Below, piece by piece: positions 11,053 to 21,238 of a DNA stretch of 64,000 nt. The notes under the pieces are model-generated. The model saw only the letters and a list, made by a program, of their open reading frames with translations, was not told where the DNA came from and ran no database searches. The position numbers and the translations under genes were made by a program. The stretch spans positions 1,736,001 through 1,800,000 of the forward strand of contig NW_027117341.1 in the NCBI RefSeq assembly GCF_038025025.1, written 5' to 3'. Positions within the stretch are counted from its first letter, which is position 1. Each line of letters starts with the position of its first letter. This stretch comes from Phyllosticta citribraziliensis. Lineage: Eukaryota.

Positions 11053-12615
11053 ATGTCGGATGACACAGATCTCGAGACCATAAAGCACGGTGACGGCATA
11101 ATAGCCTACATGCAGAGAATCGTCCCCCAGAAAACGACTCCTACACTTGAAGATAATATTAAGAGATACAGTTTCTGTCGGGCCGACCAGATGAAGGCTT
11201 GTAGTGTTAAGGTTGAAGATGGATCAAACTACCGGCTTGTGGTAAAAATTGGTGATGGATTCCAATTCGGAGACTAGGACTGGCTGTGTTTGAAGATCTA
11301 AATTAATGGGGACTGGGAATTTGGTTAACCAGTCTACCAACTGCAAGGAGCTTTCTCTACGATATTAAAAAGTCACACACATGGGTGGAAACATTGTTAC
11401 TCTTTCGGAACATCTGAACTAACCTACATCTTTTAGGTAACAACGACGTTTGTTGCAGTTTTTGGTACAATCACACAAGCAAATTCCTCGTTCTGCGACA
11501 AGAAAAAGCTAACTATCCTCCCCAGAAGCTGAAATGTCATTAGGTTTTCCAACACTCTCACCCCACGGCAGAATCAATATCATTTTTCAAAGATTGACAG
11601 AAGCCCAAAGAAACTGCTCCAATATCTGTGGAGATCGTGGAGATATCAGAGCTCGGGCTCTCGCTGGATTTGGGAACTTACCTCACGTGAAGTATGGGAA
11701 AACGCATCAGTTTTCGCTCCATAATTTGACCACAAAATAGACCTTGCGTCCAGGCGGAATGCAACAATGATTCTGTCCGTCGATCAGTCGAAGAGTGGGA
11801 AAAGAACTTCGACGAGCCATACCAATTGACCCTCTATTACAAGACTCAGAGTAATGAGCCGGGTCCTTGCCTACAAAGCTACTATAATAACATCAGGAGG
11901 CAGAGCGCATCAATTCAATGAGACCAACATTTCGAACCGATGAGAGTGACTGGACTCCACCGACGGAGTCAAGTGGTGAGGAGGGCAGCGACTCGGCTCG
12001 GCCCAGAAAGCTTCCCCCCAAAAAAAACAAGAAGCCCAAGACACGCAAGCATGCTTCCGGAGGCATCAAAAAACTCGACCCTCCGAGACGAAAACGACTC
12101 AAGTCGCGCAAGGAACTCAACGAAGTTGAGCGTGCTTCAGGAGACGTCCCGCAGGCTGATCCTCCGCAGCCTTCTCTCACTACTTTAGATCCCAGTAAGT
12201 AACCCTCGGAGCGTTGAAGGAACAGGACTCTTCCTGACGAGAGCTTTTGTCAGATGATCTCACAGACGACGACGAATTCTGCACCCCGCTTTCCACACTC
12301 AAGCAAGAACCCGCACCGATCTCCAGTGGCGAGAAAGTGATTTCGATTGATCAAGGTAAAGGTGGTATTCCGGACGAAGGCAAAACAGCGCCAGGGCGAG
12401 ACCGCGAAAACCCCGTCTGTATAGAAGACCGCCCCATCTCGCAGGCCTCCGCGCTGCAATCTGGCCAAGAGCCAAAGGACCAGACCACCGAGTCCGTCGC
12501 CGCATTCAAAGACATGGACGAGGAGGAATTGCGATTGAAATTGCTAGAAACCGAGCTCAAACGGGAAGAGGTGTCGCTCAAGCTACGGCTCAAAAGACTC
12601 AAGAAGAGAAGTTGA
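11053..12615 (+). pseudogene. Multi-exon hypothetical gene (DUF7918-like architecture, tentative) inactivated by premature stops
   Basis: Exon 1 reads GD*DWLCLKI*INGD, matching GKWDWLRIQVQVGD in the paralog at 14.6 kb. Stops at 11275, 11299 and 11326. Introns include 12195-12253 (GTAAGT..CTGAC..CAG). The last exon ends DMDEEELRLKLLETELKREEVSLKLRLKRLKKRS*. Confidence 0.65.
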
Positions 12616-13139
12616 TGGGCGCTTCTTTTTCTTTCCTTTCTTTCCTTCGGGAGTTGGTGGTGTTGGTGTCTGGTTGAGTGCGGGTGGGCCGCTGGCGGAA
12701 AGTCGGCAGTCACCTCGAGTGGAGCCTTCGTAGACGATACATCCGGGCTCCTACCTTACCTTACCGTGCACGCCCACAACAACATCCATTCTGTCTATCC
12801 TCGAGGCGCAATCCTTTCTCTCTCCACGCGTACAGACTGCGTGCTCTTTCCGAAAGCTATTCGTTGACTTGACCCATATCCTCCTGTTGACCTGCACTTC
12901 GAGCCCGTTGGCTTGAGCCTGCGACATTCAATCGACCGATTGCGACCAGTTCTCAACTTTTGCGCCCTCATACACATGATCTGGCTCTGAAAGTCAGACT
13001 CGGAGCCCTGGAGATCAACTGCCAGCTGACAAGTGTGCAAACTGGACCCAATCCTGATTCTTTTCCGTACTGTTGACTGTAAATGAAAGCTCGATGCGCA
13101 CTCAAGCTCTTCAACCTGACCAAACTCAATTTGCGCCAG

Positions 13140-13465
13140 GTGATCTCACCGAAGACGAAGAGTACTCAAATCTTGCCAAGATCGAAGAACCTCCTCCCAG
13201 AATTACGAACGGCGAAAACGAAACTCCCAGTCGGAGCGAACAGAGCGGAGAGCAATCCACTTCCAAAAATGGAGAAAGCGGTGGTGACTCGAGCCAAACC
13301 CAGTCAAACTGTTCCTTGGCACCAAAAGGAGACCTCGCTGCCAAAATCACCAACATTGACGACATGGATGAAGAGGAGGTAATGTTGAGATTGAAAGATG
13401 TGGAGCTCAGCCATCAAGAGATAGCACTCAAGCTGCGTCTGATGAAGCTCCGGAAGGGAAGGTGA
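13140..13465 (+). other. Duplicated terminal-exon module, copy 2 (xDLTEDEEY...DMDEEEVMLRLKDVELSHQEIALKLRLMKLRKGR*)
   Basis: Homologous to exon 12254-12615. Preceded by branch point CTGAC (13116) and CAG acceptor (13137-13139) in the same splice phase. Confidence 0.7.
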
Positions 13466-13514
13466 ACTCTCTCGTCATAACATTTATGGATTGTGCAAAG
13501 GAAATTCTGGATAG

Positions 13515-13789
13515 GGTGGGCGATGCAAACGACCGAGGAAGCCGCTCGGAGTAATGATTTTGTGGTCATTGATCTGGATGACGAGTCGTCAATCATCGAT
13601 CAGGGAATCGACGACAACTCCGGGAAACAAGAGCGCAATCGAACCCAGGGAACCACGAATCCAGAGATTGGAGGTGACTTGGAAGACATGGATGAAGAAG
13701 ATGTGCAGCTGATGCTGCGTGGGATCGGGCTCGAGAAGCGGGAGGTGGCGTTGAAGTTACGACTCAAAAGACTCCGGAAGAAGAATTGA
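13515..13789 (+). other. Duplicated terminal-exon module, copy 3 (VVIDLDDE...DMDEEDVQLMLRGIGLEKREVALKLRLKRLRKKN*), or a small standalone ORF from ATG 13523
   Basis: Shares the C-terminal DMDEE...E(V/I)xLKLRL basic helix. TAG at 13512-13514 is phase-1 compatible, but no clear branch point is visible. Confidence 0.55.
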
Positions 13790-14595
13790 CAAGCCGAATT
13801 TCTCCTTTTTGACTCGGAGCTGATTTTAGCGTTTTAAGGGCGTCGATGAGCCGCCAGAAGTCGTACGCAGTCACCTGGTCGACAGGTAGACAGCGCATCA
13901 GTGTGGTTCTGGCACATCAGCAGTATTCTGGCGCGCACGGAGGCTATAAAACAAATTGATCTTCTCTTTTCCTCAGACAACCTTCCACTCTTTCAAGCTA
14001 CATGTACTGGCCGAAGCAACTACGTATCCGAGTCGACTTGCGCGTAAGCGCACCAGCGCACGTGCAGTCCACAACAGTCACTTCGACAGGTTTCGAGCAA
14101 CCCTCGCCCATGGAAGCGGCTCGGCTCCTCTGACACCAAAATCGTCAAGGCATATACATGAACCTACGAAATCCCTTGCATGAGCGAGGGACAACTTACG
14201 GCGCATCAGAGCAGAGTCGGAGCTACAAGCCACCGCCAACGCAGCCAGGAATACCGTGGGGCTCAAACTGCGCGGTACCAGAACTAGGAGCACCTCTCGA
14301 CGGCCTTGGGTTTGAAGCACACTTTCTGAGCTCTGGGTACCGCGTCAAAGCTGGGTGACTGCAGGCGGAAGCCAATTCTGGATTTTGGCCGTGCCCCTGA
14401 CTTCGACTCGACCACACGTGCGTCGAACATTCGAACACTTACCTGGAAAGTGACTCATTTACTTCTTGAGCCTGACACGAAGGTTGGTCCGCCGCAGCAC
14501 CAGAATCGCGAAAGGCGGCGTCAAGCCCTTTGCGTGTAAGCAACACTTGCATCGCACGACCCGACGTGCGAGAATCCCTTTTCTCTCCAACAACC

Positions 14596-15923
14596 ATGGC
14601 ACACTACAACGAAATCAACGTCTGGCTCGAGAGCGCCTCGACCAACACCAACGACGAACGAGAAACTTTGTATACCGACCCTTGCTGGCCCGATCAAAGT
14701 TGCAGAATGCTCGCCGCAGAAGACGAGAAGATGTGCAGCATGCGTGTGAGGGCGTCCGCAGCCTTTTGCTCCGGCAAATGGGACTGGCTGAGGATCCAAG
14801 TGCAGGTTGGAGATATAGAGCCGGAGGTCTATTTGGTTGCAAACAATACTGAGCTCCAGGGTCTGGCAGGAGTGCAACTGGAACGGTTCGAATTGCCAGG
14901 CGCAATACCAGGCATCCCGTTCGGACCAGACCTTCCAAATAGTTCTCGAATTCGAGGTGTCGTGTCGAAAAATCGCGGATCCGTCAAAGGTGCTGTACAC
15001 TCCCTTTCAAGTGATAGCCGAGGAAATGTAAGTTGAAATATACTGTCTTTGAGTATGCCGTGCTGACATTCATACTAGACCGGATTTCTTGCAGGATTGT
15101 GGGGTCGCATGGTTCAACGACGCGTTTCATTTCTCCATCCATTTAGTCTCCCATTTTCATTCGGGTAGCGTGAGCCCCGGCCCCATGGAACGCTGATGAG
15201 ACTGACACAATTTCGCAGAATTAGCCCCGTCGAGCGAATTTCCCGATTTATGGGTTTCCGAGCTGAGCTTTGCTACATCCAGGACATTCAGGAGAACGAC
15301 AACTCAAGCAGACGTTCCACAGGCTGGCCCTCAGCAGCAGCAGCAGCAGCCAACTCCATCGGGGTCCGTCGAGTCAACAACGGCTCTCGATTCAGTGGTT
15401 TCGGGGACGAGCTCGGCTGCACCCAGGACACGCAGAAAAAAGAAGGCTCAAGAAAACGTTCCAAAAACTCGCAGGCGAACGAGAACTCGAGAAAACGTGC
15501 CACAGGCCGACCCACCGCAGCAGCGACTTACTCCATGGAATCCCGGTGAGTCGGAAATGGGTTCCAGCTCCATTATTGCATCTGGCTGACTTTTCCCCAG
15601 CCGACCTCACAGATGATGAGGAGTATGCGACCCTGCCAAAGATTGAGGAGTCTCCTCCCCCTCATATCGTGAGTGGCGGTGAAATCGAAGCCCTTGGCCA
15701 GACTCAAAAGAGTGGAGAGGGGCCCGCTTCGAATGCTGGAGAAAACAGCAACGAAACACAGACAGACGGTCATCCAAGCCCCAATGACGACTCCGTCATC
15801 AAAGAGGAAGTAAATGGTTTTGAGGCTAAAGACCCACGAGCTCGGCTGTCAAACGACAGCACTCAGGCTGCCTCGTCTGCATATGATGACGGGGAGGAGA
15901 ATGTGAACTCTCGCATGACATAG
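14596..15923 (+). CDS. Paralog of the 11053-12615 gene, multi-exon, possibly frameshifted
   Basis: MAHYNEINVWLES...GKWDWLRIQVQVGD. Introns 15028-15078 and 15546-15600. Shares VPQADPPQ before and DLTDDEEY after the same-position last intron. The middle exon frames could not be joined unambiguously. Confidence 0.55.
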
Positions 15924-16477
15924 ATGGATGGCTCGAATGTAGTTCTGGCCAAGTGCATGGGAAATTTCGAGAGACTCATTTGAAGGCGTTGGACAGGACA
16001 GCCGAGCACAGGGTTGAATATTAGTTGGAATGTGGGGTTTCTGGGACATAACACCGTCAAACTGAGTAGAATCGATGGATTGAATAATACCGAGAGGTAA
16101 TTGAATGGGAGTGTCGAAGGACGGGGTAGAGTTTGTTGATGTGGTTCTTTCCATGCTCTTTTCCTGCGAGTGGTTTTGTTGGTCAACACTCGATTTTCCT
16201 TGTTGTCTCGCGTGTGTCGCTCGCGGAAGCTTCACTGCGTTTCGAGTTTCAATTGTCATGTCTGGGTAATAGGACATGCGTGGGGATGTCGTTTGGATGA
16301 CGGAGGTTATGGGATGACGTCAGTGAGAAGGGACCCTGGTAGAAATGTCGCCGGCCACCGCGTCGCATCGCCGCCAACCAAACGCCACCCTCTGCATCTG
16401 TCCCGCACTCTCGATACTCACACTTGTCGATTTGTTTCTCCAGCGTGGCTCTCTTGCGTCCCCTTCAACGCGTCAAA

Positions 16478-17731
16478 ATGGCCATCGACTCGCCTCCCAA
16501 GAACATTGTCATCATCGGCGGTGGCATTATCGGCAGCACGAGCGCATATTTCCTCTCCCACCATCCCGCATACGACCCCGCCAACACGACCATCACACTC
16601 CTTGAAGCGTCACAGATTGCCGGCGGCGCAAGCGGGAAAGCTGGAGGACTGCTCGGCCTTTGGGCGTACCCGTCTTGCATCGTGCCGCTCTCGTTCCGAC
16701 TGCACAAGGAATTGGCCGACAAGCACAATGGCGCTGAGCGGTGGGGCTACCGCGGCGTGCACTGCGGACAGATTGAGATGAAGGGACGTCCTGTTGACAA
16801 AGGCAAGGGCGCGCCGACCACGGAGAGGAGCGGCGACAGCGTCAGCTTGCAGAAGCGGACGAAGGAGGCGCTCGGTCAGTTGCGCGCGGCCGGCGTGCCC
16901 AAGGACTTGGATTGGGTCGTTCCGGAGGGCGTCCGATCATACGATGCCATGGGCGACCCAGATGACACGGCCCAAGTGCATCCATACCAATTTACCACCA
17001 GCATGGCCAAGCTGGCGGAGGAAAAGGGCGTCAGGGTCGTCTACGGCAGTGTGACGGACATCAAGACATCTGGTGACAATGTTGAGGCGGTCTCGTACGC
17101 ACCCAAGGACGGCGGAGAGACCCAGACGATACCGGCAGACAAAGTCGTCATCTCTGCCGGGCCGTGGACGCGCAATGTGTTTCCAAAGGCCCCCATCTCG
17201 GCCACGCGCGCCCACAGCGTGGTCATTAAGCCCACGCGCCCCGTCTCGAACTACGCCCTCTTCACCAGCATCGAGCTTCCGTCGAGCAACGGCAGCAGCA
17301 AGGGTGGATGGCGAGGGGCAGTGTCTGAGACGGTTGCACCTGAAATCTACGCTCGCCCTGGCCAGGAGGTCTACGCCTGCGGCGACGGAGACAGGCTAGT
17401 CCCCTTGCCCAAGACGTCGGACGAGGTGGAAGTGGACGAGCAGCGCTGTCAAGACGTGATAGACTACGTCTCGACCATCAGCGACGAGCTCCAGGACGGT
17501 GAGATAGTGGCCAAACAAGCTTGCTATCTGCCCAACGTGAGTCGCGGCTCTGGAGGACCCATCATCGGCGAGCTCTCGAGCATAAGAGGGGTCGTGATGG
17601 CAGCTGGCCACACATGTTGGGGCATCCAGAACGGACCGGGGACAGGCAAGTTGGTGTCCGAGATTGTGTGGGATGGCAAGGCGAAGAGCGCAAACATCTC
17701 GAGCCTTAGTCCCGCCAAATGGGGATTGTAA
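16478..17731 (+). CDS. TDA3: FAD-dependent oxidoreductase (DAO family, TDA3-like)
   Basis: IVIIGGGIIG Rossmann motif; IAGGASGKAGGLL, TAQVHPYQFT, PEIYAR, QACYLP, GHTCWGIQNGPGTG. Confidence 0.9.
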   Translation: MAIDSPPKNIVIIGGGIIGSTSAYFLSHHPAYDPANTTITLLEASQIAGGASGKAGGLLGLWAYPSCIVPLSFRLHKELADKHNGAERWGYRGVHCGQIEMKGRPVDKGKGAPTTERSGDSVSLQKRTKEALGQLRAAGVPKDLDWVVPEGVRSYDAMGDPDDTAQVHPYQFTTSMAKLAEEKGVRVVYGSVTDIKTSGDNVEAVSYAPKDGGETQTIPADKVVISAGPWTRNVFPKAPISATRAHSVVIKPTRPVSNYALFTSIELPSSNGSSKGGWRGAVSETVAPEIYARPGQEVYACGDGDRLVPLPKTSDEVEVDEQRCQDVIDYVSTISDELQDGEIVAKQACYLPNVSRGSGGPIIGELSSIRGVVMAAGHTCWGIQNGPGTGKLVSEIVWDGKAKSANISSLSPAKWGL

Positions 17732-18158
17732 TGGGCATGCCGCGAGTCGGTGGCAGCTGGATGTGCGAGTTCCTTGCAGTAGGGAGAGGGATGAGGCCAC
17801 AGACGTCGAATCCAGGCATTTCAGGTAGTCTGTTGCATCAAGGTCTCTCAAAGGTACTGTTTATCGAAACACGCTCGCGTGCTGTAAACCGAACTCACCT
17901 GAGGTGAGCGAGGTGCGGCGTACCGGCAGGGGCCATGTGCGTCATGGCGTTAGCGCTGGGCTGCCGCTGGCGCGCGGCGGCGCTTCTCCGCACCGTTCAG
18001 TCTGGACTCTGGACTGGAAGCCGCGTCCCTCTCCCAACCGCAACCCTTTGCTCAGTTGTCTCGCCCTCCACCGAAGCCAGTCATTGATGGATTCACTGGC
18101 ACTGGCCTTGGACTTCACCTTGGGCCTCTACTTTTCAAGAATCCTCCTACTCGCCAAC

Positions 18159-19196
18159 ATGCCTACCTCCAACATACCATGCCTCTTCTTCGACCTTCCT
18201 CTCGAGCTGCGGCTCCTCATATACGACTATGCGCTCTTTGACCAGAAGGACATTACCATAGCCTCTGCCTCCGACACGGGCATCGGCTTGGGCGTCTTTG
18301 GCGACGGCGACAGCGGATACGCGAGCGATCCCGACTCCGAGTCTGGCCAGGCGGCTGTCGACGGGCTTCCGCCCAAGCAGCTGCCCATTGTCGCGCCCTG
18401 CTACCAGCCCAGGCTGCTTCAGCCAGTTCTCGAGGTCCCTCATGCCGGTGCTGACGACGACGACATTTTCCTCTTCCAGTCTCCCAACAAAAAGGCGCGT
18501 ACCTCTGCCCACAAAGTAGGAGGACGCTTGCCCTTCGCTTCGCCGTTGGCATTGCGATTGACCAACCGACAAGTAAACCGCGAGTTGAAATGGCACCTCC
18601 ACACGCAGCAAGCACAGGCGCGCAAGTACGGCCTCTACCTCAGCTACCCACACGGTCTCGCCGTCTTCGAGTCGCAATGCCCAGACCTCGTACACGTCGC
18701 CCGAAGCATCCACATTAGCGGGGTATACTACCGCGCATCCAAGCACAACCACGATCACTCGAGTCGCTGGCGACAGCGCTACGACAACACCGATTCCGTC
18801 TACCGCGCCGCGAACAGAGCACTGGCCAAGATTGCGCGAACCACCATGCTGGAGGATGCCAAAGCTCCCATCGACTTTTTGGAAGTGCGCATCTTCTACC
18901 CCGGCGACCGCGGATATCGGGTGCTATGGGAGGACGACGACAGCCCTACAACGATAGCCATGCGGAACGTGGCCTACGGACAACTTGAGAATTGCGTCTG
19001 GACTGGCAACGGAGGCGCGGGCGCCGACCTCTTGATATTCCCGCGAGGAGGGCGTCGCGTTGTCGTTCAGAGGTGGAGGAAGCTTCGTGATCGGGGCTCC
19101 TCAAGAGGCAGCAACGCGGACGACATTGTCAGCTGGGTGGTCAATCCGAGGTGGCCATGGGGGGAGGGAAATACTCCCAAATTCGAGGCTCAATAG
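18159..19196 (+). CDS. Hypothetical protein with N-terminal F-box-like motif
   Basis: FFDLPLELRLLIYDYAL motif shortly after ATG 18159; LRLTNRQVNRE; long open frame. Confidence 0.7.
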   Translation: MPTSNIPCLFFDLPLELRLLIYDYALFDQKDITIASASDTGIGLGVFGDGDSGYASDPDSESGQAAVDGLPPKQLPIVAPCYQPRLLQPVLEVPHAGADDDDIFLFQSPNKKARTSAHKVGGRLPFASPLALRLTNRQVNRELKWHLHTQQAQARKYGLYLSYPHGLAVFESQCPDLVHVARSIHISGVYYRASKHNHDHSSRWRQRYDNTDSVYRAANRALAKIARTTMLEDAKAPIDFLEVRIFYPGDRGYRVLWEDDDSPTTIAMRNVAYGQLENCVWTGNGGAGADLLIFPRGGRRVVVQRWRKLRDRGSSRGSNADDIVSWVVNPRWPWGEGNTPKFEAQ

Positions 19197-19623
19197 GCCA
19201 TGATGACGGCGTTTGCGGTTATCCTTTGCCCTCCTTGGTATGTATTGTACAGGATCAGATGGACATTTCGAGCGCGGCGTTGGTCAGGTTAGAGAGCAGC
19301 CGGGGAATCGGAATCATGTTTTTGGCTGGCTCGATGTTGACCAAAAAACGTGAACAAAGGCTGTGGGCAAAACTGAAGGCTGGTCCGCGGCGCGACGGAG
19401 TCAATGCCACAGCTGCACTGCCACTCCGCCACAACTGACCTGACCTGCTGCCCCGGTGCCCTTCGTCATCAACGCCGTCTGCCTGCATCCTCCCGTGTCG
19501 AGTCCTTTGCTCATAAATCCTCGCCTACATTCCGACCCTCCCTCCTCCGTCGCTATCCCTTTCAGATCCTGTCCCGCGACACCATCCAATTCACCCGCGC
19601 ACTCGACATCGATTCTTTTATCA

Positions 19624-20573
19624 ATGGCAGACTTCGCCCCGCCTCCGGTACGTCCATATACCCCGCAGCTCCAACTTCCCGTCCTCGACATGGTCTAACT
19701 TGCTCACAGGGCCCGCCTCCTCCCAAAGTACCCGAGGGTTGGAAAGCGCAATGGAGCGACCAGTACAAAGAGTGGTTCTACGTCAACATCTACACCAAAA
19801 GGTCGCAATGGAACAAACCCACCGAGCCCATCTACTCTCCACCCGATGCGGCGGAGCCGGACGGCCCGCCCCCTTCCTACTCGTCCGGCGATGCCAAACC
19901 AGCGCCGTCTGAAAAGTCGGGCCTCGGCAGCAACAACCCCTGGGGTCCCGGCGCTTCGAGCAGCCATCCGGACATTAGCGAGGATGAGAGGCTCGCCCGC
20001 CAACTGCAAGCGGAAGAGGATGCGAGAGCGCGCGGTGGCGGCAGTGGCAACGGCACTCCCGCCGCTAACCGCGGAGCGTCTGACGGCTACTACGGAGCGC
20101 CTGGCGCACAGGGTGGCTATGGACAGCCATCTCCATACGGACAATCCGAGCTGCCGCCTCGCCCGGAAGAAAAGGGCAAGAAGGGCGGATTTCTTGGAAA
20201 GCTTCTAGGCAAGGCGAGCGGCAGCAGTGGCCACCACCAGCAGCAACCACACTACGGCGGCGGCTATCCTACCCAACAAAACTACTATGGCGGCGCGCCG
20301 CAAGGCCAGTACGGCTATGCGCCACAGCAGGGCTACTACGGGCAGGGCGGCTATCCTCAGCAGCAGTACGCCCAGCAGCGACCGCACAAGTCTGGAGGTA
20401 TGGGTGCTGGTGGTGCTGCGGCGCTCGGTGTGGGCGGTGGTTTGCTAGGTGGCATGCTGCTCGCGGATGCCATTGACGATCACGAAGACCATGCTTACGA
20501 CCAAGGATACGAGGATGGCCAAGACAATGACTTTGGTGGTGGTGGAGATGACTTTGGTGGCGGCGACTTTTAG
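19624..20573 (+). CDS. WWM1: WW domain protein with G/Y/Q-rich C-terminus (WWM1-like)
   Basis: MADFAPPP|intron 19648-19709|GPPPPKVPEGWKAQWSDQYKEWFYVNIYTKRSQWNKP; GGGLLGGMLL and GGDF terminus. Confidence 0.85.
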
Positions 20574-21238
20574 GCTCTGCCACCAACGTCTCGTCCTTGC
20601 TATGCGGGTTACTGTAATGGCGTTTGCTATTTTTGAGATGATGGTCACGACTTCTCCGGGCCTTTTACGACTTGCAAGCATCACGGGTTTCCTAGGTTAC
20701 GAGCAGATTTGATCTTCACGGTGTTTTCCTTTTTCTTTCTGTTTCGACGACTAGCATTCGTTCTTTCCTAAACTGTCGCCAGGCCAAAGCGCTGTCGCTA
20801 TCTGCCTCACTGCCGTCTGCTCCCCAAATCTCACAACTCAATCTGTTCCATCCGTCTTGCCACTCTCGATCGTTTGTGCCGCCACTACTGGCTGAGCGGA
20901 AGCTCCTCTTCGTACGCGTGCTGTCAAGTCGACTAGCGAACATGAGCTACCCGACCTGGACTAAAGTTGCTTACTCGAGATTCAACCGACAACAATAGCT
21001 GATCGCTTTCAGATCGTTTTAATCTGTTTGGCTTTCGCCTTTCTCGTCACCAGCGCAGTGGTCGGATACAGACGAGGATGTTTGGAGCGACACTTCGAGC
21101 GGCCGCTGACCGAGGAGGAGCCACGATGTCGGAAAGAGCGCGAAGCGGGAGAGCCGGAGCCGCCGCGCATGGTGTAGACTATCAAGGCCCTGAATCCTCG
21201 GTGCGTCTCTCAGTCACAAGTATTTGGAGAAGAAACTG

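Noticed and set aside
13462..13514. Possible intron joining terminal modules 2 and 3 into one protein
   Set aside because: The GTGAAC donor is phase 2 and the acceptor needs phase 1, so the splice leads to an early stop. No branch point is visible.
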